From the NCBI GenBank assembly GCA_964016885.1, contig CAXHJY010001579.1:1-64000 (forward strand): 64,000 nucleotides of DNA, read 5' to 3'. This DNA is from Eledone cirrhosa (Eukaryota). Under the pieces are notes generated by a model, which had not been told where the DNA came from, did not search any database, and saw nothing but the letters and a program-made list of their open reading frames with translations. Shown piece after piece: positions 28,363-43,188 of this stretch (its first letter is position 1; every line of letters starts with the position of its first letter). The position numbers were made by a program, and so were the translations under genes.

Positions 28363-29743
28363 CATATATGTATATGCATTATATGTATATATATTATGTA
28401 TTATATGTAATTATATTATGTATATATATTATTTGTATGTGTGTTTGTGTATAATTAGAATATATACTTAAAATGTATGAATTTAATTGTCCATAAATTG
28501 AGGTGTGTATAAATACACTCCCACTGCTAATATAACGTATAAACAGCTATAAAATGCATTGACTTCCCTTTTTTTTTATATACACAAGCAATTATAATTT
28601 AAGGAAGTCGTGTTGAAAATAACTGTTTGTTATTAGGAGTGAAGATTGTTTTGTTTCTCTATCTCCGTTTCTACTTCTTAATAAGAAGGTCGCCTTGCTA
28701 TCTGCTAAACTGGTTGGTCAACTTGGGAAGGTGTGAGCTATTTATTTTGTAAAGGTGAAGGTGAAATTACTTCAGTTTGACGTGTGTTGATGTCTGTTGG
28801 GGAGAGAGAAACGGAGAGATAGATGTGTAGAAAGCTGTGTGGGAGAGAAAAATTGATAGAGAGAGAGGCGGGATAGGTTGATAGATATAAGGAGAAAGAG
28901 CTAGGAGGGAAAGGTAGATAGATAGCTAGCTAGGCGGGAGAAAGAGAAAGATAGCACTTGTCTTGTCTTGCTATCTATATTGATTTAGACATTTAAAATA
29001 GAAATAAATAAAATGTAATTTCTTTTAGATTATTTCGATTTAAACATGGTATTAACATTTTAATAGCTGCTCTTCTTTTTTTCACGGTTAATTAAATTTC
29101 CGGAATATATGTCTATGTATATAGTTTGCTGTTATATTATATAGTTATATATATATGTATATGTATATAATGTAATAATTAGTACATAGTTATTATTGCA
29201 AATGTAAGCTAATATTCATGCTTAAAATAAACGAATAGATGTGCTTAGTTTTCAGTGTTTTGTGTGTGATTCCTTGTATAATATTTCTATGATCTGGTTG
29301 TTGCTTTATTAAACTGAGGTGATATTGAATGGTTGGCGTGAAGGTCATTCTATATGTTTAGATATTTGTTAGCAGTTTTTTTCTCTTTTTGCTTCATTTT
29401 TTATATATTTGTTTAGCCGTTGACGTCGTTATCGATGTAGAAAAATCTAATATAAATTATTTTTTGTTTACCGATTTCTTTTTCTCTCCAAATATTTGCA
29501 ATGGTTTATCGAGAGCTACTTTAAATGAATTAAAGAAAAACCTTGAGTTTGACTCATTAAACTTTCTCTTCTTTTGACCTAAACGGAATGCTTTATAAAT
29601 ACATAAGAGTGAGAGAATGTAGTTAGTTGAGTAGAGACGGGGTCTCCCTCCATGTATGTATACTTTTGTTCATTAAGTATTGTAATATGAAGAAGACACT
29701 GGATTGTTGACACTATACCGTTCAAAGGAAGATAAAATTATCT

Positions 29744-30250
29744 TAACTCTTTCAATATCTAAACACCCCGCCTGAAACCGCCCATGGTTCTACGATATTA
29801 AGCTGATTGTTTTAAAGTGTTTATGTTTATATTAAAAAAAATCTTCCACCATAATATAACCTTTCTTAAGTTATGTTCCAAACACCAGATAAGAAAGTTA
29901 TATTACTAAATCTCTTCAAATTCTTGATGATTTTCAAAATTGTTTTAAAATCATAGGTTGTGTCTTTTATTGGAAATATGGTAACGAAGGATTTAATTTT
30001 TTTGATACCAACCTACCTGAAACGGCTCCTCGTTCTCTATATCTAAAACGTTCCACCATAATTTTAACTAAGATGTTCCAAACACCAATTTAATAATGAG
30101 AAAGTTAGTTGTATTTGAAACACATATAGTGTATCCCCTTAGAAATATGGTAATGAACAGGGCAACCCTTTTGATACCGACCTGCCCCAAACCGCCCCTG
30201 GTTCTATAATACTAAGCTGTTATTTTGAAGTGTTTATCATCACCATTTTG
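29744..30250 (+). mobile_element. Tandem degenerate piggyBac-like MITEs
   Basis: Units start (TTAA)CCCTTTTGATACC..AAACCGCCCCTGGTTCTA and end AAATATGGTAA(C/T)GAA..; relatives at 12.3, 17.3, 21.7 and 34.3 kb. Confidence 0.55.
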
Positions 30251-30279
30251 ATAATGATGAGGATAGTTAAACCTTCTAC

Positions 30280-33200
30280 CATCATCATTTTATGTCGGCT
30301 TTTCCATGCTTGCATGGGTTGAACGAGTCTTTTCCAATCTACTCATAATCCTTTGTCATCTGTGTAAGCTTCAGCAATTTGAGATCAGCTCTTACAACTT
30401 CCACCTTGGTCTTCTCTACTGTGGCTTCCTTCTTTTGGTATTTCTCATCATCCATATGCATCTCATGTCCATACCAATGTACTCTTCTCCCCTGCACACT
30501 ACATCTGATACTTTTCATACCCAGTTTTTCTCTCAGTTCATCTATGTTTTGTTGTTCACACACATTAACATTATACATCCATTGAAGCATGCTTGCTTCA
30601 TTTATCCCCTACCGTCACATATCTCCTACATTCACTCTCTGCCTCACTACCATGCAACATCGTGCATTGTACACAGGCATCATGCAGCTGACCTTTCATT
30701 CATAGAGAGAAACCTTTTGTTGTCAACAGAAGTAGTTGCTCCCTGAACTTCTTCCATCTTGTTCTTATTCTATCTACTATGATCTCAGATCAAGGATTTC
30801 ATTGATGCTCCTAGTACTAACTATCCCTGTGCATCTGTTACATGTAACGTCTACCTTTTCTGTTAGTCTGCCTGCTATCCCACTACACCTGATGTGTACC
30901 AAAGATTTATATTGTGTACATTGTACAGAAATTCTACATATCAAGCAAGGCTACTTACCTGGAGGGATCGGGGTCTTGTCTCTTTTCTTATTCACTAAGA
31001 CTTTAGTTTTTCCCAAGTTCACTCTAATCTCAGTTGATTTTAATTTCTGTTTCCAAAGCTCTTCCATGGATTCATCTATAAGAACCAGGTCATCAGCATA
31101 TAGACGTTTCCATGGAAGCCAGTCTTAATTCCCCAGTTAACTATAATCAGGATTGGGCCAAGGACTGAATTCTGATGTACCTGCATGTAGAATTCCTCAC
31201 TAAATTCATTACCTACTCTCTCTTTACTGACAACTCCTATATACATGGCTTTCACTGCTTTCACCAGCCATTCTTCTATGCCTAGTTTCCTTAGGGACCA
31301 CCAGATGACAGATCGAGGTATGCTGTAGATGACAGACTGAGGTACCTTGTAAAAAGCCTTCTCTAGGTCCGTGAAAGCTGGATATAGAAGCTTACTCTTA
31401 GCTAGGAACTTGTAATTGTCTCAGTAAGAAGAGGGCATCACTGGTACTCTTGTCTCAGTAAGAAGAGGGTATCACTGGTATTCATCTTTGGCATAAAAAC
31501 AAACTGCACCTCATCTATTTTAAGTATTTCCCTAATATGCTGCATTAAAACCCTTTCTGTTACTTTCATAACTTCGTCCATCAAATTTATGCTCCTGTTG
31601 TTGCTTCTTTCTGTTGCATCACTTTTTTCCTTGTAACAATTAATGATTATGGTGCTATGCTGACCAATGGGTATGACCTTTTCACCTGTTACCTGATTAA
31701 TTATGCAGGTAACTAATTCAACTACTTCCTCAGAAGATTTCAGCATCTCTGCGACTATCTCTGATGGACCAGTGGCTTTAACTTTTTTTTTCCTCCTTTA
31801 TTGCTTCTTTGACCCTATTACTGTCCATTTCGATAGCTGGTCCCTCAATTGAGCCAGCAGGGTATAGTCTCTTTTTCTCCCACTTATTCTCCATATTCAT
31901 CAACCTCTTGTAATAACATTTCCAGGCCTCTTTCATTTGGGCTTTAGTGGTACTAAGTGCACCAGTGTCATTTTGGACACACTTTTCTCCAACAACATCC
32001 TGGTTTTCTAGGACACACTGCTTGGCAATGTGGAACACCTCACATCACTGATCCTCATATTGCAAGACATTGGTAAACATTCTGCTTTCATTTCCTTGCT
32101 TGCTATGTATACTTGTTATCTAGCTATTTTTTAGCTATGTGGTACTGATCATTTTTCTAGTCTATCCGCAGTGTTATTCCACCACCAGGTCACCTTCTGT
32201 CTAGCCGGTGCTTTGCTCCATCCACTTAGTCTCATTAGTAGCCCTTAGGAATTTCCAATTTTCCTCTATGTCATGTATCTAACTCCTCCACCCTCTAGCC
32301 ATATTCATCATGTTAGGCTTTTCTAAACCTATATTTTACAAAGTCCTTTAGTTTCCATATTCTCCTCCAGATTTTTCTGTCTTTGTTTTTCTTCCGTCTC
32401 GTGTTTAGCCTGATGTCTCTAATAACAAACATATGTTGGGCAGTGCATTCTTCTTCAGAGAAAGACTTAATAGGATAAACAGTTGGTTGTGAATGTTTTC
32501 TAGCAAGTATAACATCAATCTGTCTTGGGCAGGTAACCAGTTGATCGGTCAGTTTTCTGAAGTTAGTGTCACAGATAATCCATTTGCATCACATAATTCT
32601 AGGAGCCTTGCTCCCTCTTCATTTTCTATAACCATTAGTGTAGCCACCCTAGTGTTACCCAGTATGTCCTTTGAAGTCGCCAGCCAAAATGATGAGGTCT
32701 CTGTCTGTCATCTGTAACTGATGTTGTCTGTAGGAGTTTCTCATAAAATTGGGTTTTTTTTCTTTACTTAAACCTGATTGAGGTGTATATGTAGAGATAA
32801 TTATAGTCAATCTATTACTTATGACTATTCTGAGCTTGATGATTCTTAACTACTTCAATTACTTAATCTATCCACTTCTCAGTTAGTAGAATGCCTACTC
32901 CACTTACTCCATCATTTCCTATGCTATTTGCCTGTGAGGAGTCTTTCTGAGGCTCCCCTCCATTCCATTTCTTGTCATCTGTTACTGAAGTTGTCTGTAA
33001 GGTCCTCATAGAAATGGTCTTTTTCTGTTCTTTGGCTTCTCTGAGTTTTATAATTCTGTAATTTATTCTAATTACCTTATCTACTTCTCAGCTAGTGAAA
33101 TGCTTACACCACTTACTCCATCATCATTTCCTATCCAGAAAAGCTTACATCTATGCCATTGGTCTGTGAGGAGTCTTGTTGAGGCTCCCTTCCATATCAC

Positions 33201-33750
33201 TTCTTGTACACAGCATACATCTATTCATCTTATCTTAAGTAATTTCACAATTTCTCCATATCTACATTCCAGAGACCCCCACATTAAGATTGGCAGTCTT
33301 GTGACGTGTTACCTGACAGTGGTGAATAGGTTATCTTTTGGTAGTTTTCTGTACCTAAAATGGAGAATGGATGACCAATTACTTGATAACAGTCGAGGGG
33401 TTCTCATTCATGGCTAGGTTAGCCAACCCACTACTGTATGCAGCACTAACATGATTAGTGTTAGCTCTGTGTACTCACTTATCTTTAATATTATACATTG
33501 TGCTTGTCATCTTCTCCTACTTATTCCTAAGAGGGTCATGGGGGTAGAGTTTTCAAACACTCCCTCAAGTAGGTCCTGTCAGAAGCAACCGTCTCCAACT
33601 GATCTGGTTGGATCCCCAGGTGTGATCAACCAACCTCATGGATGTTATCTAACCATCTTGCTTGGGGTCAACCCCTGGGTCTTCGACCTGTTTGTTTTGC
33701 CCGTAAAATCTGTCCAGCGATTCTTTCCTGAGACATTCTAACCTCATGCC
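30280..33750 (-). pseudogene. Decayed near-full-length RTE LINE (APE plus RT)
   Basis: Broken ORFs matching the 2796 protein (QCVLENQDVVGEKCV, INCYKEKSD, VHQNSVLGP, RRVHWYGH) and APE start CVQEVIWKG; (GAT)n tail at 30280. Confidence 0.85.
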
Positions 33751-33871
33751 CATAGCATCAGAGCTGTGATCTCTCAATTCTGTGGAGTGAGTCTCTGATA
33801 CATTTTCTGGCCGGATGCTCTTCATTACACCAACCACTTTAGAATGTGGATTGGGTGCATTATTTGTGCCA

Positions 33872-34056
33872 GTGGATTGGCAGTATCGGTAGAGGGTCGG
33901 ACGCCATGCTTTCCAGCATAGTTATGTCCCTTTACGATCTGAGTTCAAATCCCGCCGAGGTTGACTTTGCCTTTCATCCTTACGGGGTCGATAAAATAAA
34001 GTACCAGTAATGCACTGGATTATTGCTGGCCTTGTGCCTAAAGTAGAAACAATTAT
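33872..34056 (+). mobile_element. tRNA-derived SINE with 15-bp TSD
   Basis: ATTATTTGTGCCAGT at 33859-33873 and 34052-34066. Confidence 0.88.
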
Positions 34057-37000
34057 TTGTGCCAGTAGCACTTGAGAATTTGCTTGACAAGACTTGATCA
34101 GAGTCCTCTACTCTCTATCAGTTTTTATTCAGTGACTGTTCTCCTAGTCAAGTTGCTTTCATCACAGCTTATGGAGCCCATGTCTGCCTCATGTAGTCTT
34201 ATTTTATTTATTTATTTTTTACTTAATCCTTCTAAATACTTGATTATTTTCAAAATTTCTGAAAATCATAGGCAGTTTCCTTTTATTAGAAATATAACAA
34301 AAGGGTTAACGAAAGCAGTCCTAACTATAAAACTAAATCAGTAAAAAACTGTTTTACATAGCATCTCTATGAGGAAACCTCATTAGTTCCCTTTTATCCT
34401 CTATGAAGCATTATGGAATGATGTGAGAGGTTCCTTTCTCCACAGCATTTAATGCAAACCCTGTCACAAGCCTGCTCCTAGGCCACACACTTGTCTGTTA
34501 GGTTCTCTTCCATAAACCTCAACCAAGTCTATGAGAAAACTTGGGCAAACAAATGAATAACCATCAATTGTATGATACCCCCCACTCCTCATCGGGTGTG
34601 CAGAACCTTTATTGTTGATCCAAATCGTTGTAAGATGAATTAAACATTGCTATTATCATTTTATGGATAATTTCCATGTTGCTATTGGTTGGATGGATTG
34701 TTATGGGCAACATCAGTATGTAGTTGGAGTTACTACCTTCCAAAACAAGCTATGGGCCATGCATTGTTTACATGTATCCTGGTTTTGGCAGGGTTTATGT
34801 AAATGGATGTCTTTCCTAACCCCAACCACTCTACAGAGTGAACTGGGTGTATTTTATCATGGCGCCAGCACTAGGAAAGTTGTCATGTAATTCACACAAC
34901 TAAGAGTCTTTCAACTCTGTGAGAAGGGATGCCTTGTCTGAAGGTGAGGAGGAAGAGGTTAAGATGGCTGACAATTATGGTGTCATAAATGTGGTGGTAT
35001 TTAAGAGTGATATAAGAGATACAGTGATGATGAGAATAGTTACTATAGAGCCATGGTGGAGGGGTTGGGTATGACTAGGCCAAAAGTCACACCGTTACAT
35101 GGTTACAACACTATGCTTTAGATGTGGTAGGAGTTAGGGAGGGAGGGTATAGTGAATATTAATAGTGGAGATGGAGAATAGGGTGGGGTTAGTAGGGGTA
35201 TATTGAACATCTTGATTTTATACAGACACGCACACATACATATAATATACAATGGACTTCTGCTACTTTCCATCTACCAAATTTCACTCAGAAAGGCTAT
35301 AGATATCTATCCCAGTATTAAAGAACTAAAATATTTGATAGAGAAAATATATTATGTCCATGTTGTGATAGTCATGCTATGAAAATATTTAATCAAATTT
35401 TTGAAGTTGTTTGGCATAATTATGGTGTTGGATTAACGAGTTGTAGGTACAATTTGTGACCCAGGTGGTGTGTAATGCTTTAGGCAAGATGCTTCATTTC
35501 ACTCAGTTGGAGTGGGGAGAATGAGTGCCAGCAGCAGTTGGGACTTAACCCCTTTCAATATTTTTTCATGATAGGACTAGGTATCCTATCATTGAGACAC
35601 CCATGAAAACCTTAAATGATGCAACTTTGCAAGAAGTTAGCTAAAGTTACATAAACTGTAATCAGCTTTGTTTTTGATCTGAAGTTCCATTCAAAACTGG
35701 GTCAAAGGCAACACTGAATTACGGCTTCAGAAACCAACTGGTAATTTTGTCAAAAAATACCATGAGGCCAATCCTTACAAGAACACTTTCTAGTTTTTAA
35801 TTGAAAGTTAAATGAGTGGACTTTGCTCATGAAACTTACAGCTCACACTGATCTAGGAGGTTTAGCTGGCCAACCAGGCTGCATCTCATAGAAGGTTTCT
35901 GTTTTTCATGTCCTATCATGAAAATCTATGTGAAATGAAGTATCTTGCTCAAGAATATATCGAACTGCCCAGTCCAGGAATCAAACCCACAACCTTATGA
36001 TCGTGAGTCCAACAACTAAACCACTAGGCCAACCATGTTCACTATTTTGATAGAAGAAAAGTTGAAATATGTTAGTCATAAAAATAGGGGTGGGGGGGGG
36101 GGGGGGAAAGATAGCAGTGTAGGTTTATAATCGTAGAAGTGAACATACCAGTTTGTCCCAAGTGGTAGAATTTATTGTAGAGGAATAGTAGACTTGTTAG
36201 AGTTGTAGATTAAATGGTTCGCAGAGTTCAAATTTAATCAATGTCAACTCTGCTTTCATCCTTTCGAGGTTGATAAAACACAAGTCCAGGTGGAATTGTT
36301 AGAGCGTTGCACATGCCCTTTTCAGCCCTTTGTCTTCTGAGTTCACTTGTGACATCATTGTGCTAAGCTCTATTATCATGTATGGGTATCTCTTGAACTT
36401 CCATAAGAAAAAAACCTCACCCAAGCTTGTGCCTTGGGGAGGAACTTTCTAGCTGTAGATCTATGAAATCACAAGACCCTCAGCCCTAATTTAATTAACT
36501 GCCATAAAATACACCCAGTACACTCTGAAAAATAGTGGTGCTGGTGCCACAATAAAATACAGCAGTGTTGGTGTTAGGAAAGGCATCGAGAACCATAGAA
36601 CCCATGCCAAACATGGAACATATGAGCAAGATGAGGTTTCATAGTGTGACAACCCTTCCAACTCATGACATCATGGAAAGCAAATGTAAAATGATGATGA
36701 TAATAAGTTTAAATCTAGCCGGATGTTGTTTTTACCCTTTGTAACCCGAGTAAGCTAACTATTAATATCTTGAAAGTTGATCCTATTAAGTATAGTACTG
36801 TTGTGTAAATGATTGTCTTTGTGTGACCTTGTGGGACTAGAGAACCTTTACTAACACGGTCAACTTCATGAAAGGTAGTCCATTAATGACACTCACACAT
36901 CAATACGAAGCTATAGTAGAAATTGCTCTTGAATCCCAGTCTCCCCTCTCCACGCCACCGATGTTGTCAAGGAGAAAGGCACCAGAGATATTGCAACTCA

Positions 37001-37278
37001 TTTCTCCAGAGTTCAGATTGGACTGCGACAATGTGAAATAGAGTGTCGTACTCAAGAACACAACCACACGATTGTGCACCATTCGGGCACACACGCACAC
37101 GTGTGTATGTGTGTGAATCGTCATTGTGAAAGAATGCGTCCTCGATATGTAAACATAAAAGTAATTTATATTACTTAACATACAGTCCTCACTGTTTCAA
37201 GATGGTTTCCTATTAATCGGATACCGTCATGAAACTCTGAGTACCGACGAAAACATTTTCAGTTGCCGTGTATTTTAT

Positions 37279-37309
<31 letters not shown>

Positions 37310-37377
37310 CTCAATGATATTAAATAAATGGAAACTATATTTATAAAACCATATTTATTCTATTATATATATTTCAA

Positions 37378-37567
37378 GGCGGTGGATTGGCAGTATCGGT
37401 AGAGGGTCGGACGCCATGCTTTCCAGCATAGTTACGTCCCTTTACGATTTGAGTTCAAATCCCGCCGAGGTTGACTTTGCCTTTCATCCTTACGGGGGTC
37501 GATAAAATAAAGTACCAGTAATGCACTGGATAATTGCTGGCCTTGTGCCTAAAGTAGAAACAATTAT
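37378..37567 (+). mobile_element. Full-length tRNA-derived SINE with 18-bp TSD
   Basis: A box TGGCAGTATCGGTAG, B box GAGTTCAAATCCC; TSD ATTATATATATTTCAAGG at 37362-37379 and 37563-37580. Confidence 0.9.
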
Positions 37568-38468
37568 ATATATTTCAAGGGTACCAAAAACTTTGGTACG
37601 CTTTCATCAGATAAAATACAAAGTGTGTTTTATAAATTTTGACATAGCCAAGGAACATACCTTTAACAGTTGAAATTTTCCTTGGATATATATATATATT
37701 CTTTCCATGCTTTTATAAAAGCAGTGAGGACTTAGTAAAATAAACTGAGATATATTTGCTACGGTAGTGTAAAGATGTCCCAAGTGAGATATGTCAGATA
37801 CATTATTCTATATCTTTAGACTGTAAAATTCCAACAAAATATTGCATTAGCTACCAATAGATATACGGGTGGTGGGGGGTGTATCTGACAGAACTACACA
37901 CGTCACTCGATTTGTTTCCTCATAACTTTCTTAATATACAGATGTTTAACAGAAATTTTGTAGACATACGATCATGTTGATGAATATATACAGTATATAT
38001 ACACATGTATACTTATACTTTCATTATTGTATATATTTCTGTTCATTAATGTTTTCGTTTACAGAATACTTTCTGTTTGTGTTTGTTGTAGACTAAAGAT
38101 AAACCGGGAAATTTTGTTCATTATATCTTCCAATTTCATATCGATAATGATTAATATCAATCAGGATAATGTCATAGATTTTATACTGGAATGTAATGTC
38201 TGTTTTACAACTAGGAATTGTGAAAAATAAAAAATATCTGAAACAACTTTCCTTTATATTATAACAACATAACCGTACTCTGCATCGTGGAAACCTATCT
38301 CATGTAGAATGTCATTAAAAATATAAACAAATATGAATTAGATTTTTATTTTTTTATTTTTCTAGGAATATAACAATATAATGCTTACAGAATGAACATA
38401 TAAACACAAATAATATATACAATGCTCAGTGTATACTTCTTACAGAATGAAAAAATAAATACAATTCA

Positions 38469-38603
38469 TTACGTCCCTTTACGATCTGAGTTCAAATCCC
38501 GCCGAGGTTGACTTTGCCTTTCATCCTTACGGGGTCGATAAAATAAAGTACCAGTAATGCACTGGTAATTTGCTGGCCTTGTGCCTAAAGTAGAAACAAT
38601 TAT
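38469..38603 (+). mobile_element. 5'-truncated SINE of the same family
   Basis: Matches the 3' two-thirds of 37378-37567. Confidence 0.85.
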
Positions 38604-38887
38604 TGCTCGGAAACAATTATTGCACAGAAATATATGATCAAAGCGAGAGGGAAAAAAAGCTATGTCGGGTGGTGTGCGACTAAACAGTAAACATTGTCTA
38701 GGTAGCAACCTTTCTATGTATATTATATTTATGTACACAATTTCACAAGCCTTTGCAGCACACTGATAAAATGTGAAGTTTATTTTAAATTATATAAATG
38801 TAAATTAATTGGGAGTGACAGATGATTATCATATTTTTTGGAGTGGTCTCTTCTTTTTCTTTCTTAGATGTTGGTGCTTACGTAGCT

Positions 38888-39121
38888 GAAGCCCACTGAA
38901 ATAATTGTTTCTACTTTTGACACAAGGCCAGCAATTATCCCAGTGTATTATTGGTTCTTTATTTTATCAACCCCGTAAGGATGAAAGGCAAACTTAACCT
39001 CGGCGGGAAGCCCACTGAAATAAGTGTTTCTACTTTTGGCACAAGGCCGTACATTACTGGTACTTTATTTTATCGACCCCGTAAGGATGAAAGGCAAAGT
39101 TAACGAAGCCCACTGAAATAA
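38888..39121 (-). mobile_element. Two truncated SINEs separated by a triplicated 17-bp target
   Basis: GAAGCCCACTGAAATAA at 38888, 39007 and 39105. Confidence 0.8.
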
Positions 39122-39303
39122 TGTTAGGTTGTTAATAAATAGTTAGGACGTAATTAGAGAAAGAGAGAGAGAGTATAAACAAAAGTGTATGTTGGTGTGA
39201 TGTAATTTAGAGAGTGAGAGATAGAAGTGTGAGTGAATAAACAAAAGTGTACGTTGCATGACGTCAGGGGATCCTGTTGTACTAATATATATATATAGCT
39301 TCA

Positions 39304-40119
39304 CTAGCAGTAAAGCCCGGCGTTGCTCGGGGTCGCTCAATAGCTGTGTTAAAGTTACAATGTTAAGTTTCTTTTTTTGGCTTAAAAACTGTAGTGTCTA
39401 CTGTGCAGACTTGCATGTGGTGTTTTTGATTAATATTCCCTCAACCAACAATATGCCTTATGAAGTTAAGAAAACATAACGATAACCCGAATGTTATAAC
39501 AAAAGAGGATGCTGGGGATAAAAACTGCACTGGTTATTTATTAACAAAGATCGAAAATGTAAACACTGCAACGCAGAGAAAAACATTAGCGTAACCAAAT
39601 TATCAGTTATGTCTGTCTGCACGCCTATATCACCTCTCTGCACGACTGTCTGTCTGCACGCCTGAAATATTTGCTTGTTTTACGTAGTCTTTAAATAGAC
39701 TTGTTTTCAAGTAAAAATATTGTTTTAAAATGCTTTTAAATGGAAATGAAGCAAAACGGAAGTTTAGTGTTCGAACTGATGAATTTTGCAGGTCAATATT
39801 TTGCTGGCTCGACAACTGTTCGTGTATTGTGTTAATATCATTTTAAACGCTGAGAACGCCAGCGTAATTTTTTACGTAAGACGCTCAATGTAAACAGAAC
39901 AAAGGGAAATAACTGATAACTTACGCTCAAAAATCGATACATTATATTCGATTTCGTCACATAGGGTGGGTCAATTTGAAATATTTTTTTTCCGATGTCT
40001 TCGCTAGGGCTCAATGTACAAGTATAGCAATTTCGGTGCAATTCCGTGAGAGATTCTAAGAGGAGATGTGTGCCAAAAATCGATAGACAGACAGACAACC
40101 ACAGTTTTATATATATAGA
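39304..40119 (-). mobile_element. Non-autonomous Helitron
   Basis: Minus strand: 5' TCTATATATATAAAACTGTGGTTGTCTG, 3' hairpin CCCGAGCAACGCCGGG then CTAG; A|T insertion site. Confidence 0.82.
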
Positions 40120-40149
40120 TGTGTGTGTGTGTGTCTGTGTAGATATGTA

Positions 40150-40188
<39 letters not shown>

Positions 40189-40250
40189 GTATATGTATGT
40201 ATGTGTATGTATATATGTGTATGTATATATATATATATGTATATATATAC

Positions 40251-40290
<40 letters not shown>

Positions 40291-40294
<4 letters not shown>

Positions 40295-40462
40295 GTTTCT
40301 ACTTTTGGCACAAGGCCAGCGCATTACTAGTACTTTATTTTATCAATCCCGAAAGGATGAAAGGCAAAGTTAACCTCGGCGAGATTTGAACACAGAATAG
40401 CAAGGGCCGTAACTCTATGCGTCAAAGCATGGCGTCCGACCTTCTACCGACACTACCAATCC
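40291..40462 (-). mobile_element. tRNA-derived SINE in (TA)n
   Basis: Reverse complement of the 37378 family. Confidence 0.82.
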
Positions 40463-40494
<32 letters not shown>

Positions 40495-40956
40495 ATGTGT
40501 GTATATATGTGTATGTATGTATATATATGTATGTATGTAGATATATGTATGTAGAGATATATGTATGTGTATGTAGATATATGTATGTGTATGTATATGT
40601 ATGTGTATGTATGTGTATGTATATATATATATGTGTGTGTATATATATATGTGTATGTATGTATATATATATGTGTATGTATGTATGTATATATGTGTAT
40701 GTATGTATATATATATGTATGTATATGTATGTGTGTATGTATGTATATGTATGTGTGTATATATGTATGTATGTATATATGTATGTGTATGTATGTATAT
40801 ATGTATGTGTATGTATGTATATATATGTGTATGTATGTATATATATATATGTATGTATGTATATATATATGTGTGTATGTATGTATATATATATATATAT
40901 ATATGTGTATGTATGTATATATATGTGTATGTATGTATGTATATATATATGTATGT

Positions 40957-41515
40957 ATGGTCGGGTCGTTGGCGACTAAACTGGCAACCCCACCAAGGTT
41001 TCTTGGTGAGGAGGGTGACTTTGGACATCCTACAGGACTAAAAACAAAACCTGTCAAAGGGCAAAGGAGCTCTTAAGAGTCAATGGCCATCCAAAATCAC
41101 CGGGAGAGATGACCCCTTAGCCTTTGTCAAGGCAGAATTCTAGGAGAAGGAAAACTCTGATATAACACCTGCAACCCTGATGGTATCCAATGATGTTGAC
41201 TTGTTCTTCTTTTTGGTAAATATCATCTCGGTTAAGAGAGTGGGACTGGCTTTGTGCAGTGCCTTTGCTCACTATAAAAGCTTCACGGCACAGGCATTGC
41301 TTTGTATCTGGAGATCTCTTTGCACTTGTCGTCACATGGTACCATGGGCCCAGCACTATGTGTCAGTGATTGTCACAAGTGTAGTGTTTGTACCAGAGTT
41401 TTCAAGTCGCTGGCTAGACTAAAAAGTCACACTCGTTCAGCGCATCGGTAGGAGTTCTCCTACATGGATATAAAGTAGTGGCCGTACTCGAAAACGAGTT
41501 GGCAGCCACCACCAT
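40957..41515 (+). mobile_element. Non-autonomous bipartite RTE derivative, copy 1 (5'-truncated by ~55 bp)
   Basis: Near-identical to the copies at 47700, 49128 and 61526. Confidence 0.85.
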
Positions 41516-41552
41516 GTATGTATGTATGTATGTATATATATATGTATGTATG

Positions 41553-41585
<33 letters not shown>

Positions 41586-41641
41586 ATATATATGTATGTA
41601 TATATATATATATGTATGTATATATATATACATACATATAT

Positions 41642-43188
41642 GGTGGTGTCATACCCAAAGACTGGTGCAGCAGTATTCTCATAAATTGCTACAAAGGTAA
41701 AGGGGATGCTTTGGAGAGGAGCAATTATAGGGATATAAAACTGATAGATCAGGTTATGAAAGTGGCAGAAAGGATTTTAGCACAACTAATTAGAGAAAGG
41801 GTCAAACTAGATGAGATGCAGTTTGGTTTTGTGCCTGGGAAGAGTGCAACAGATGCCCTCTTCTCGGTGAGACAAATGCAAGAGAGGTTCTTAGATAAGA
41901 ATAAGCCACTATACTTAGCCTTTGTTGACCTAGAGAAGGCCTTTGATAGGGTACCCCGATCTGTCATCTGGTGGTCCCTAAGGAAGCTAGTTGTTGAGGA
42001 ATGGCTTGTGAGGACAGTGCAAACTTTGTACAGAGGTACTCTCAGTAAAGTCAGGGTAGGAATGGAGTTTAGTGAGGAATTCCAGATACAAGTAGGAGTA
42101 CATCAGGGTTCGGTCCTCAGCCCGCTCTTGTTCATTATAGTCCTCCAAGCCATAACAGAGGAGTTTAAGACTGGCTGTCCATGGGAACTTCTCTATGCTG
42201 ACGATCTGGCTCTTATAGCAGAATCAGTAGAGGAGCTAGAGAATAAATTCCGGCTATGGAAACAGCAGTTGGAAGCAAGAGGACTGAGAGTAAATCTAGC
42301 TAAGACAAAAGTGTTGATGAGTAGAAAAGAGGACAAAACCCTGATTCCGTCAGGGAAATGGCCATGTTCGATATGCAGAAAAGGAACTGGCATAAATTCT
42401 ATAAAATGCACACAATGCAGGTCCTGGGTACACAAGAGATGTAGCGGGATAGCAGGCAAACTAACAGGTAGGGAGAAATATGTATGCAGTAGATGTACAG
42501 GGAAATTAGACAGTAGAAGTCGCACTGATAGACACATTTTTCAAATGCGAGAGGGCGCTATAGAAGTGGTGGATAGCTTCCGGTACCTAGGAGATCAGAT
42601 TAGCATGGGTGGAGGGTGTTCCGAGGCCATAGTATCTAGAATAAGGACGGGTTGGAAGAAGTTTAGGGAGCTGCTTCCTCTGTTGACGAAGAAGGGTTTC
42701 TCCCTGCGTACGAAAGGCCGGTTGTATGATGCCTGTGTGAGGAGCGCGATGCTGCATGGTAGTGAGACATGGGCAGCAACCGCAGAGGATATGCGACGGC
42801 TGGAGAGAAATGAGGCAAGCATGCTCCGTTGGATGTGCAGTGTAAATGTGCGTGAACGACCCAGCATAAATGTGTTGAGAGAGAAACTGTGTCTGAGAGG
42901 GATAGAATGTAGTGTACGGGAGAGGAGACTGAGGTGGTATGGATATGTGATGCGCATGGAGGATGACCGATGGGTGAAGAAGTGCCTGGAAATGCCAGTT
43001 GAAGGAAGACGTGGTAGAGGTAGACCACGAAAAACATGGGCGGAGGTGGTGAGAACAGACCTCAGATCATTGAAGCTCACGGTGGAGATGACGAGGGACC
43101 GTGACGAGTGGAGAGATGCTGTGCTGAATAAGACCCGTCCCACCCTTGCAAGCAGGGAAAGGCGGACGTAAAATGATGATGATGATGA
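41642..43188 (+). mobile_element. 5'-truncated RTE LINE (family B) with open RT-PHD frame ending at 43171
   Basis: [33 protein letters not shown]4HC3 finger, RRLRWYG..GRPRKTW; stop codon immediately before the (GAT)n tail. Confidence 0.93.

Noticed and set aside
37181-37265. Hairpin flanked by GAAAC-stem-GTA half-motifs on both strands (hammerhead- or SECIS-like)
   Set aside because: No correctly placed CUGANGA core, and the SECIS quartet geometry does not fit.
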